A stretch of DNA of 64,000 nucleotides from a virus. Below, in pieces: positions 56,862-64,000 of the stretch (position 1 is the stretch's first letter; each line of letters starts with the position of its first letter). A program made the translations under genes and the position numbers. The notes below the pieces were generated by a model. That model saw only the letters and a program-made list of their open reading frames with translations. It did not search any database and was not told the DNA's origin. The stretch spans positions 32,001 to 96,000 of the IMG/VR virus record IMGVR_UViG_3300042453_004661; one strand, written 5' to 3'.

Positions 56862-57428
56862 ATGCCAGCCACACCAAGACTTTCAGTATCAGGATCAGGA
56901 GCTTCCCAGTCTCTTTCTGTGGGATCATTTACCGTAAAAACATCGGACCTAAACCCCGTAGGCATGGTTGTGTCAAGCATGCTTACTGAAGCTCAGTTTC
57001 AGGCACAGAATGGCACTGGATGGGTATTGATGGATGGAAGAAATGTGTCGGGGTCTGCCTATGCCACCATTACCGGAAGCACTACAGTCCCCGACGCTAG
57101 AGGCATGATTCTTCGTGGTAAGAATAATGGAAGGTCCGATGGAAGCCAAAATCCAGATGGCGACTCAAGTTTAGGCGCTTATCAAGGGGACAATTTCGGA
57201 AGCCATAGACATAACTATGGTCCAGATGGCGGAACTGATGGAACGCACAATAGGCAAGTCGTTTTTAATAGCTCTCCAACTGGTGGATCTGGTTCTTCTC
57301 CAATTGGATTTGGCCAGGCGTTTAATGGTGGTGGAGGATCGGGCCACTGGATGGGAATTTACAACAGCGGCGGAAACGAAACTCGTATGAGAAACATAAC
57401 CGTCAACCACTTCATCAAGATCAACTAA
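56862..57428 (+). CDS. Short tail-collar-like protein 4
   Basis: Collar motifs; SHRH; ETRMRNITVNHFIKIN. Confidence 0.7.
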   Translation: MPATPRLSVSGSGASQSLSVGSFTVKTSDLNPVGMVVSSMLTEAQFQAQNGTGWVLMDGRNVSGSAYATITGSTTVPDARGMILRGKNNGRSDGSQNPDGDSSLGAYQGDNFGSHRHNYGPDGGTDGTHNRQVVFNSSPTGGSGSSPIGFGQAFNGGGGSGHWMGIYNSGGNETRMRNITVNHFIKIN

Positions 57429-57460
57429 ATTAGTAGTTGTAAAAAAATACAAAATAATTC

Positions 57461-57489
57461 TTGATTCATTTTGTCCAAAAATGTATTCT
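57461..57489 (+). promoter_or_regulatory. Early sigma70-type promoter with AT-rich UP element
   Basis: TTGATT(57461-57466), 17-bp spacer, TATTCT(57484-57489); A-tract upstream; same -10 type as the promoters at 62253 and 62635. Confidence 0.6.
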
Positions 57490-57495
57490 GAATAC

Positions 57496-58251
57496 ATGAA
57501 GGACGCAATTCAAATCAATCAAGAGCAAATGCAACAAGTAATGAACTCTGAAGTAATCTTTGTAAACCATTCTGGGGGCAAAGATTCTCAAGCCATGATG
57601 GCATACATCATGACCCTTGGCTTTAAGGGAGAGATTGTTGTGGTTCACTCTGACCTTGGAGAGATGGAGTGGGAGCCTATGCATCACTTCATCCAGGCCA
57701 ACAGCTTTGGCCTTCCTGTCCATGTTGTTAAGCCTGAGCTTGACTTTTTTCAACTGTGTCGCAAGTACAACCGCCTTCCTTCTGGCCTCGCCCGGTTTTG
57801 CACCAGCGAACTCAAAACTCGCCCTATTTCAAAATTCATTAAGGAATACATGGCATCTAAGGGCTATACCAAGGCAGTCAATGCAATTGGAATTAGGGCT
57901 GAAGAGTCTCCAGCTCGAGCCAAGAAAGAGCCCTTCAAGAAAAGCAAAATCTCTACTAAGGCCCATAATATCATTGAATGGTTTCCTATTTTTGATATGA
58001 AAATTGGAGATGTTTGGTTTCAAATCAAAAAAGCAGGCCAACAGCCTCATCCTATTTACTCTAAAGGTTTCAGCCGTCTTTCTTGCGTATTCTGCGTATT
58101 TGGCAGGATTGAAGAACACAAAAAGGCTGCCCAGATGCGGCCTGAGCTTTTTCAAAAAATGGCTCAGCTTGAAGTTGAACTCAACAAAACCATCAGGCTC
58201 AAGCAAGTAGATGGTCAAAAGAAAAATAAATTCATGACCGAGTATTGCTGA
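57496..58251 (+). CDS. Phosphoadenosine-phosphosulfate reductase-family (PP-loop) protein
   Basis: SGGKDS PP-loop, RFCTSELK, GIRAEESPAR, RLSCVFC. The start is likely 57496, because 57481 lies inside the promoter. Confidence 0.8.
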   Translation: MKDAIQINQEQMQQVMNSEVIFVNHSGGKDSQAMMAYIMTLGFKGEIVVVHSDLGEMEWEPMHHFIQANSFGLPVHVVKPELDFFQLCRKYNRLPSGLARFCTSELKTRPISKFIKEYMASKGYTKAVNAIGIRAEESPARAKKEPFKKSKISTKAHNIIEWFPIFDMKIGDVWFQIKKAGQQPHPIYSKGFSRLSCVFCVFGRIEEHKKAAQMRPELFQKMAQLEVELNKTIRLKQVDGQKKNKFMTEYC

Positions 58252-58450
58252 TCTTGGAAACGCTGACATTGCCCATGATCACCAGCACATTATTTTTTCC
58301 AAACACTTTTGACGCCTTTTCCTTTATGGCCAAGAGAGCCTCATAGTCTTCCAGGTCAGGGAAGTGAAGAATGATTTTTTCTCCCTTATTGACCTTAATA
58401 GACTTAAAGCTTGCGATCTTGAAAGAATGAGTGTTTTGATTTTTGTTCAT
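58232..58450 (-). CDS. Hypothetical protein
   Basis: 72 aa; start overlaps the stop of the upstream minus-strand gene. Confidence 0.55.
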   Translation of the reverse strand: MNKNQNTHSFKIASFKSIKVNKGEKIILHFPDLEDYEALLAIKEKASKVFGKNNVLVIMGNVSVSKISNTRS

Positions 58451-58833
58451 AGCTTCTCCACAAATGATTTAACAAAAGCTCCACGAATAGTCACAAATGC
58501 CTCATCGCTCCTGGCACATCGAGTTAGCGTATTTTCTTGCACAAAAGAGTCAAATTTATATGGGTCATAAACAATACGGATTCTTGAATTCATATTTGGT
58601 TTTCTTGCATTCTTAATCCATATACCTTCTACGCCAGCGTGGACATTTTTTGACTCTTCGGCAATCACCCTCTGTCTACGCACCTCAGATACCTTAAATT
58701 TGCAATCCTTTAAGCTAATCGAGTCTACATGGGCAATTACCAGACCCGACTTGACATCCCTTACGCTTAAGCAGTTTTTGTGGAGATTCCTGTATACATA
58801 CACACGAATCCCGCTATTATTTTTCTTTTTCAT
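58447..58833 (-). CDS. Conserved phage hypothetical protein
   Basis: VYVYRNLHK..LSVR...FKVSE..RQRV...KNVHA...YDPYK pattern, recalled from many phage genomes; probable ATG at 58833. Confidence 0.65.
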   Translation of the reverse strand: MKKKNNSGIRVYVYRNLHKNCLSVRDVKSGLVIAHVDSISLKDCKFKVSEVRRQRVIAEESKNVHAGVEGIWIKNARKPNMNSRIRIVYDPYKFDSFVQENTLTRCARSDEAFVTIRGAFVKSFVEKL

Positions 58834-59086
58834 TCCAGTCGATTTCCAGCAATAGATCTTTAAAGCTTTCGCTGTCAATTATCGCAGAGAACCCAAGGCC
58901 AATCAGGGAGTCTCTGACGCTAATTGCCCTGGAAGCCCCCATTCGTGTCCTTGGGAATGCAACAGAGCAGTTTTGGATTCCAGACTTGGCAATCATTTCT
59001 ACAAGTCTTAGAGTCCCGGATAGATCTTTTGGTTCACGAAAAGATCTAGTCAGTTTCCTCGCTACTTTTGCGTCTAGTTTTTTCAT
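58817..59086 (-). CDS. Hypothetical protein
   Basis: Probable start MKKLDAK at 59086 (the track extends the ORF to 59140). Confidence 0.5.
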   Translation of the reverse strand: MKKLDAKVARKLTRSFREPKDLSGTLRLVEMIAKSGIQNCSVAFPRTRMGASRAISVRDSLIGLGFSAIIDSESFKDLLLEIDWNEKEK

Positions 59087-59216
59087 CTGGGCTTCCCTTT
59101 CCTTTGCATGCACAAACAGCTTTGCCGTCAAAGTATTCAATATCTTCCCCGCATTCTTTGCAGGACCTTACCTTCCTTAGATCATCTTCAAGAACCATTT
59201 CATCCCATTGTCTCAT
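59046..59216 (-). CDS. Small Zn-ribbon-like protein (56 aa, not in ORF track)
   Basis: Manual translation MRQWDEMVLEDDLRKVRSCKECGEDIEYFDGKAVCACKGKG...; CxxC...CxC; AAGGAG RBS upstream. Confidence 0.5.
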   Translation of the reverse strand: MRQWDEMVLEDDLRKVRSCKECGEDIEYFDGKAVCACKGKGSPDEKTRRKSSEETD

Positions 59217-59248
59217 TCATTCTCCTTTTTATTTTATCACAAAACTCA

Positions 59249-59689
59249 CTACCAAGCTATTCCCAAATCTATCGAAACAAAAGATCTGCCTGCTCCTGGA
59301 GTGGCAGAAACATGCTTGTAATTTACACCGATAGAAGAGCCAGAGCTGTCCCTTAACCCCACATAAAGGTCATGATTAAGATTTGGAAAATAGCTATTTA
59401 TTTGATTGTCTGGGGCAGAAACAAAAGCCAAACCATGAACGGATCTCAAGACTAAATAAGAGACTTTAATCTCAATCCCTAGCGAGGCATTAGAGAAGAA
59501 AGAAGACTTTGGACCAAGCCAAGCCCCTGCCTCATACTGATAAACGACCGAGCCAATCAGGTTATCTCTAAATCCAATCGAGGACATTACCGAACTGTCG
59601 GATGATGGAATGCTTGGGCCATGCCTAAAAAAGGATTCGGCAAAGCATGCCTGGGAGAGAAATAAGATCCCTATTAGGGCCCTGACCAT
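59249..59689 (-). CDS. Outer-membrane beta-barrel, PagL-like lipid A deacylase (putative)
   Basis: Signal peptide (MVRALIGILFLSQACFA), amphipathic beta strands, IGVNYKHVS (HxS) near the C-terminus, terminal aromatic W. Confidence 0.5.
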   Translation of the reverse strand: MVRALIGILFLSQACFAESFFRHGPSIPSSDSSVMSSIGFRDNLIGSVVYQYEAGAWLGPKSSFFSNASLGIEIKVSYLVLRSVHGLAFVSAPDNQINSYFPNLNHDLYVGLRDSSGSSIGVNYKHVSATPGAGRSFVSIDLGIAW

Positions 59690-59692
59690 AAT

Positions 59693-59833
59693 TCATCCCA
59701 TTAAGAAATAGTTGAAGAATCCATTATCTTCATATTCTTTTAGAATCTTGGCCAGTGGCTTTTTGAGCTTTTTAGGCTTCTTGGGTGATGCTTTGGTTTT
59801 CAGCTTCTTTTTCGATGAGCTTTGTTTTTTCAT
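59693..59833 (-). CDS. Small Lys-rich basic peptide (46 aa, not in ORF track)
   Basis: Manual translation MKKQSSSKKKLKTKASPKKPKKLKKPLAKILKEYEDNGFFNYFLMG; ATGA overlap with the AAA gene stop; fills the gap. Confidence 0.45.
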   Translation of the reverse strand: MKKQSSSKKKLKTKASPKKPKKLKKPLAKILKEYEDNGFFNYFLMG

Positions 59834-60765
59834 GGCGAGGCTTTCTTTCTAAGAAGCTTCTTCAAAGTCTTTATTGTAGATGATGCATTTTCATGATCCT
59901 GAACCCATGAATCTAGATCATATTCATTGTCATCATCTTTTCTGCCCACCCCAATAAATCGAGAAGATGAGTCTTTAATTAGCTGGATATACTGATCGAG
60001 AGGCTTCATCATGCAATAATGACCACGAAGGACCTCTCTTAGCTCATCGATAGTAAATCCTTCTGTCTTTTTTGCAATACTTTCTATAGCATCCTTATCA
60101 GAGATTTTGGTTGCCAAATATGCCTTTCTCGCATTGAGACTAGGAAATCCGACCTCGATTACAGAGGCAAATCTTCCGGGTCTTCTAATCCTGGCCGGGA
60201 TTCTTTCAATGTAATTTGTGGTGGCAATATACATTGCGTTCTTTTTTTGAACTTCACCATCAAGAACATGCAAAAGTCCGGTCTCGTCATTCTTTACATG
60301 CTCATCCATTTCTTCAAAAATAACTAAAACTCGAGTGTCTGGCTGAACAGAATCTAGGACATCGTATGTTGTTTTAAGAGAAGCTGGCTGTGGGTTAAAA
60401 AGAACAATCCCGCCAGAGGCTATTATCTTTTGAGAAACCCGACTAACAATGCATGTTTTTCCTGTTCCTGGGCTACCGTAGAGCAGGATATTCATCTTTT
60501 GAAGAAATCCAAAACTATCAAATCTGGACATGCATTCTGCAGATAGAAACATATCCATATCTTTCATGACGGAGTCGTATTCTGTTCCAGGTAAATCGAC
60601 GAGCTGATCATGGTTATTTTCCATGGCTACAAAAGTGACAGCGTCATTTCGCATATCCCAGTCAACTCGATAGACTCCGGGATCAAGAGTCTTATGAATA
60701 CTTACACCCGGAACAGGCTGGTATTCTTTGTCTACTTTTAGATATCCTTCGTACTTCTTAACCAT
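59830..60765 (-). CDS. AAA+ ATPase
   Basis: Walker A GSPGTGKT, Walker B VIFEEMD, sensor/SRH ATTNYIERIPARIRRPGRF. Confidence 0.9.
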   Translation of the reverse strand: MVKKYEGYLKVDKEYQPVPGVSIHKTLDPGVYRVDWDMRNDAVTFVAMENNHDQLVDLPGTEYDSVMKDMDMFLSAECMSRFDSFGFLQKMNILLYGSPGTGKTCIVSRVSQKIIASGGIVLFNPQPASLKTTYDVLDSVQPDTRVLVIFEEMDEHVKNDETGLLHVLDGEVQKKNAMYIATTNYIERIPARIRRPGRFASVIEVGFPSLNARKAYLATKISDKDAIESIAKKTEGFTIDELREVLRGHYCMMKPLDQYIQLIKDSSSRFIGVGRKDDDNEYDLDSWVQDHENASSTIKTLKKLLRKKASP

Positions 60766-60774
60766 GTTCGCCTC

Positions 60775-60847
60775 AAAAAATAAAAAGGGGAAGCTCTGGA
60801 TGAAAGGGAGGAAAGGGATTCATCGATATCCCCACAGAGCTTCCCCT
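60775..60847 (-). terminator. Intrinsic terminator-like structure with a large structured loop
   Basis: Perfect 13-bp inverted repeat (60786-60798 / 60835-60847) followed on the minus strand by TTTTATTTTTT. Confidence 0.65.
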
Positions 60848-60853
60848 ACTGAA

Positions 60854-61195
60854 TTACGCCTGTCCTTCCATTTGGGTGGAGGAAGCGGATCGGACAGTGA
60901 CGCTCTTCAGAAACTTAAGAAGAGATCCATCAAGACCAGACATTTCTTCGTCTGTATATTGAAGGGCTTTTGAAATATCATACAGTGTAACTTCAGATGC
61001 GGTTACTGTATATCCGCCTCGGGGGCCTCGTTGGCCATGGATCAGGCCTGCGCCACGCAGGCGTCGAGCAATCTGTTCCAGGAAGCTTACAGTGCCTCCT
61101 ACCTCTGTAACAAGATCAGATACTGGTCTTTTCTTAGTGGTGTCTAGTGACTTTACAATCTTTACGGCTAGCTCTAGTTTCTTTGGAATCTTCAT
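60854..61195 (-). CDS. Rrf2-family (IscR/CymR-like) transcriptional regulator
   Basis: SFLEQIARRLRGAGLIHGQRGPRGGY...VTLYDI signature; no Cys residues; AAGGAG RBS. Confidence 0.85.
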   Translation of the reverse strand: MKIPKKLELAVKIVKSLDTTKKRPVSDLVTEVGGTVSFLEQIARRLRGAGLIHGQRGPRGGYTVTASEVTLYDISKALQYTDEEMSGLDGSLLKFLKSVTVRSASSTQMEGQA

Positions 61196-61233
61196 ACTTT
61201 TTTCTCCTTTGGATTAAAACCAATCTAAATATA

Positions 61234-61242
61234 ATTATACCT
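61234..61242 (-). promoter_or_regulatory. AGGTATAAT motif upstream of the Rrf2 gene
   Basis: Same core as the putative late motif, on the minus strand. Confidence 0.4.
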
Positions 61243-61255
61243 ATTTAGTAGTGTT

Positions 61256-61277
61256 GTGGGGGGCCGAAGCCCCCCAC
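61256..61277 (-). terminator. Stable cUUCGg-tetraloop hairpin downstream of the DUF932-like gene
   Basis: Minus strand GTGGGGGGC-TTCG-GCCCCCCAC (9-bp stem). No U-tract follows, so it may be a stability or processing hairpin instead. Confidence 0.5.
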
Positions 61278-61285
61278 CATTCTCT

Positions 61286-62224
61286 TTAAGCAATCCGCTC
61301 AAAGACTTTTGTGATCTCTGCATCTTCAATTTCACTAGCCTGCTTAAGGAGGTTTGTGCCCCCATCTGCAAAGAGCTTTGCAACATTGTTGCGGATCTCC
61401 CTGTGACGGAGAGGAGAAAGCTCTCCCCCACGGCGACTGGTGGCCCAGGTGAAGCCATTATACATGGCCCATGCAGTTCTCTTAATTCCTTCTTGTTCTG
61501 CCCGATCACTCTCTACACAGTGCTTGGCAAAAGAAGCTACATTGAGAGGGAGAACTTTCTCTTTGACAGCGACTGCCACAGCCTTGACAGCAAGCTCTTT
61601 GGAGACTTCAGTCTGTCCAAGCTGGCGGTAGAAAGGAACCAGTTTGTTTTCAAAGTTTTCAAGAGCCATCTGAGCAGTCTGAAGAAGCCCTTCAACACTG
61701 ACTCCACCTACATGAAGGAAGCGCTGGCTGACATCTTTTACTGCAGACTTTGCCAGGTTCAGGCAGACAAGACGCATGGACTCAAGCTCAAGGGACAGGG
61801 CATTGAGGCCATCATAGCTATTGACCAGAGTCAGGACGGGATAAAGGACATCTCCTTTGTTGCCTGGAGTGATCTGGTATGGCTTCATAACCTGGAACTG
61901 AGCCATCATTTTGGCGCCATTCCGGTCAAGGCTTACATTCTTGAGGGAGAAGGGCATGCCTACATTATTCATGCCTTCAAATGCAGCCTGCAAAACATCT
62001 GCATGAGGAACCAGCTTGTATTCAGGGCTGGCATAGCCAAGAATCTGTGGGCCCTCTTGTCCATCCAGGCGAAAAATAGCATCCCGCTCTGTTTCCATAT
62101 TTTGCCCATTATGGGTAAAATTCATTCTTGCCCTGGTGACAGGGAAAGTTACAGCTTGAATAGCTGCCTGTTGATCTTCAGTTTCCAGTACCTTATAGTT
62201 CTTAAGTTCGATGATTTGGCTCAT
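61286..62224 (-). CDS. DUF932/DUF945-like protein
   Basis: ILGYASPEYKLVPH, LVNSYDG, RLVCLN, TAWAMYNGFT motifs; GGAGG RBS; own promoter. Confidence 0.75.
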   Translation of the reverse strand: MSQIIELKNYKVLETEDQQAAIQAVTFPVTRARMNFTHNGQNMETERDAIFRLDGQEGPQILGYASPEYKLVPHADVLQAAFEGMNNVGMPFSLKNVSLDRNGAKMMAQFQVMKPYQITPGNKGDVLYPVLTLVNSYDGLNALSLELESMRLVCLNLAKSAVKDVSQRFLHVGGVSVEGLLQTAQMALENFENKLVPFYRQLGQTEVSKELAVKAVAVAVKEKVLPLNVASFAKHCVESDRAEQEGIKRTAWAMYNGFTWATSRRGGELSPLRHREIRNNVAKLFADGGTNLLKQASEIEDAEITKVFERIA

Positions 62225-62252
62225 ACTTCCTCCTCTGAGCTGTTACTTGTAT

Positions 62253-62281
62253 AGAATAGCAAACAAATGATTATGGGTCAA
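62253..62281 (-). promoter_or_regulatory. Early sigma70-type promoter
   Basis: Minus strand TTGACC(62281-62276), 17-bp spacer, TATTCT(62258-62253), with an upstream A-tract. Confidence 0.7.
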
Positions 62282-62293
62282 TTCTTTTTTTTA

Positions 62294-62614
62294 TTATCTT
62301 TCCACCAACCTATCAATTATATCCATTAACATGTCGCAGTAAACATCTTTAACTACTGCCTTGGACTTCCAGGCGCCCTTCCAGACTCTGCCAATTTCGA
62401 CAGAATAGGTGTCATTGGCCATCAATCTAACCAAAACAATACCTTTATGTTTCATTCCATTTACCCTAAACTGAAGTCCTCCAAGGGTATAGTTTTCCTG
62501 AATCTTCCCTTCTTTTAGGGCAACATAATCTTTAGAACCCCATGCCCAAAATGCCATTGGGTCGGTTGCTTTAATCTGTTGTTGAATTGTGACGGCAACT
62601 TCATAAGGTGTCAT
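62294..62614 (-). CDS. Conserved phage/MGE hypothetical protein
   Basis: GGLQFRVNGMKHKG...DTYSVE...DVYCDML...ID.LVE; AAGGAG RBS; own promoter. Confidence 0.7.
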   Translation of the reverse strand: MTPYEVAVTIQQQIKATDPMAFWAWGSKDYVALKEGKIQENYTLGGLQFRVNGMKHKGIVLVRLMANDTYSVEIGRVWKGAWKSKAVVKDVYCDMLMDIIDRLVER

Positions 62615-62634
62615 TTTGCTCTCTCCTTACATTC

Positions 62635-62663
62635 AGAGTAACAAAACCCACCATATTGGTCAA
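62635..62663 (-). promoter_or_regulatory. Early sigma70-type promoter
   Basis: Minus strand TTGACC(62663-62658), 17-bp spacer, TACTCT(62640-62635), with an AT-rich UP region. Confidence 0.7.
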
Positions 62664-62707
62664 CAAAAAATAATCAATAAAATAAAAAATTTAAACTATT
62701 GATTTTA

Positions 62708-64000
62708 TTAAAGATCTAGGCGCTCTTCAATTACTTCGCCAGTTTCTGCATGAATTTCTTTTCGAGATGCAGAATGCCTTGCTAGCGTGTCGCACATTGG
62801 AAAATTAAAATCAATCACTAGGGATGTAGGTTTACGAGGGATTCCTGTCTCTGGATCTGGATCGTTTCTTAGGGCCCGGCCATCTGCTTGCCTTGTTTTT
62901 GATCTAGATGCTCCACCCTGAAGCTGAAACATAACATCAACCGGGATCAAATCTGTGCCCTCGCCAAGAGTGCTAGTGCCCATCAGAAGCTTTAGCTGTC
63001 TTTGGTTAAAAGCCTTCAGGTAGTTCTCATTTTCTTTACCGCCACCAACACAGACCCCGTATTCTACGCCAGACAAGTGTTCGGCAAATTTTTCAGCATG
63101 CTCTTTTTCATCAATTAAGATCAATACTGAAAGACCATCTTCCACAAATGCTTTAGCCATAGAAGCAACCTTAGCTGTCAAAAGGTCATTTCCCAGGACC
63201 CAGTTTTTGTAGCATTTTCCCTCATCGGGATCGTTTGTCGCTTCGGATCTTTGGACTCCAGTTTCGACTCTTTTGTTGTCTTTAGTTTTCCACTTCTTAA
63301 AGCTACCTTGTGTCCGATATACCGAATACACAAAATAAGTAGGTTTTGCTAGATATCCAGACTCAATTGCCTGGGATGCGGTGTATTTATACGCAATATC
63401 TCCAACCGCAGAATGTACGAGAATAGTACCGCCATCAGCTCTTTCTTCGTCTGCAGTAAGTCCAAACCTATATACTGCGTTAGGTATTTTTTCTACTACT
63501 GCGCCAAAGAAAGTGTCTGCAGCGACATGGTGAACCTCATCGGCAATGACCAGACTAATGTCATCAAATGTCCCGGGCTCTGAGGCATAGACAGATTGAT
63601 ATGTGGCAACAGTAATCCAGCAATCTTGTTTTCTTTTGCCAGAATATTCTCCAACCATCTTGTCCCCAAACCTGGCCTTGAATCTTCTTACTGTCTGATT
63701 CAGAATTGGAGTAGACGGCACAAGAAATATAGCCTTGCACCCTAGCTTAGCAATCAGCTCTTCGCCCAGAACCGTTTTGCCTACCCCAGTTGCGATCTTT
63801 AAGAGGCCATTTGATTTGCCCTCAAGAGCCTGGAGGGCTTCCTCTTGAGGCTTTCTTAGCTTTTTCTTTTCGCCTTTTTGACCAAGATGTTTTTTGTTTG
63901 GCTCGAAATTTCTGGTTTCATCTATTTGTACTGTAGCTTTGCCATTTAAGAATTCTATGGTTCGATCCAAAAGACCAATAGGCACAAGTAAAGAACTGCC
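62708..64000 (-). CDS. SF2 DExH helicase (UvsW-like), 5' truncated by window
   Basis: Q motif LRKPQ, ATGVGKT, DEVHH, GLTA, GEGTD, QADGRALR; frame open to the window edge. Confidence 0.9.
   Translation of the reverse strand, partial: GSSLLVPIGLLDRTIEFLNGKATVQIDETRNFEPNKKHLGQKGEKKKLRKPQEEALQALEGKSNGLLKIATGVGKTVLGEELIAKLGCKAIFLVPSTPILNQTVRRFKARFGDKMVGEYSGKRKQDCWITVATYQSVYASEPGTFDDISLVIADEVHHVAADTFFGAVVEKIPNAVYRFGLTADEERADGGTILVHSAVGDIAYKYTASQAIESGYLAKPTYFVYSVYRTQGSFKKWKTKDNKRVETGVQRSEATNDPDEGKCYKNWVLGNDLLTAKVASMAKAFVEDGLSVLILIDEKEHAEKFAEHLSGVEYGVCVGGGKENENYLKAFNQRQLKLLMGTSTLGEGTDLIPVDVMFQLQGGASRSKTRQADGRALRNDPDPETGIPRKPTSLVIDFNFPMCDTLARHSASRKEIHAETGEVIEERLDL

Noticed and set aside
45749-57428. 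Invertase-driven shufflon for tail-fibre tips
   Set aside because: All cassettes are on the same strand with their own start codons; no recombinase gene or inverted crossover sites were seen.
57496-58251. Annotation as a cysH auxiliary metabolic gene or a complete Dnd system
   Set aside because: Only superfamily-level motifs are visible, and no other cys or dnd/ssp genes are in the window.
61256-62254. 332-aa plus-strand ORF
   Set aside because: Antisense shadow of the DUF932-like gene, which has the promoter, RBS and family motifs; the shadow has an atypical Cys/Leu/Phe-rich composition and no RBS.

Overview
The window is a 64-kb segment of a large contractile-tailed (myovirus-like) dsDNA phage read with the standard genetic code. 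The host is probably Gram-negative: there are sigma70-type promoters and a PagL-like outer-membrane protein. Positions 1-57.4 kb (+ strand) form the tail/baseplate/fibre module: two tube-like genes, chaperones, tape measure, hub, spike, a LysM/gp25-like fusion, a giant baseplate-J protein, a wedge protein and about 14 fibre or receptor-binding genes. Positions 57.5-64 kb are an early/replication-type region, mostly on the minus strand (PAPS-reductase-family protein, AAA ATPase, Rrf2 regulator, DUF932-like protein, SF2 helicase). The most striking feature is an 11.6-kb island (18.2-29.8 kb) between two baseplate genes. It encodes multi-domain proteins whose domains are delimited by a recurring hydrophobic-x-K|[S/A/G] linker, which resembles K|S prohead-protease sites. 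The predicted modules are a PI3/4K-HipA-like kinase, a lysozyme-like domain, a PcfJ-like domain, three tandem solenoids of exactly 12 LRV/HEAT repeats each with variable positions and shuffled repeat units, an R-S-E ADP-ribosyltransferase, a GNAT flanked by 21-bp direct repeats, and an HhH DNA-glycosylase-like domain. I infer a capsid-packaged, protease-matured effector polyprotein system with a modular binder repertoire. All product calls come from motif recognition by eye; no database searches were run. No tRNA, rRNA or CRISPR array was seen.
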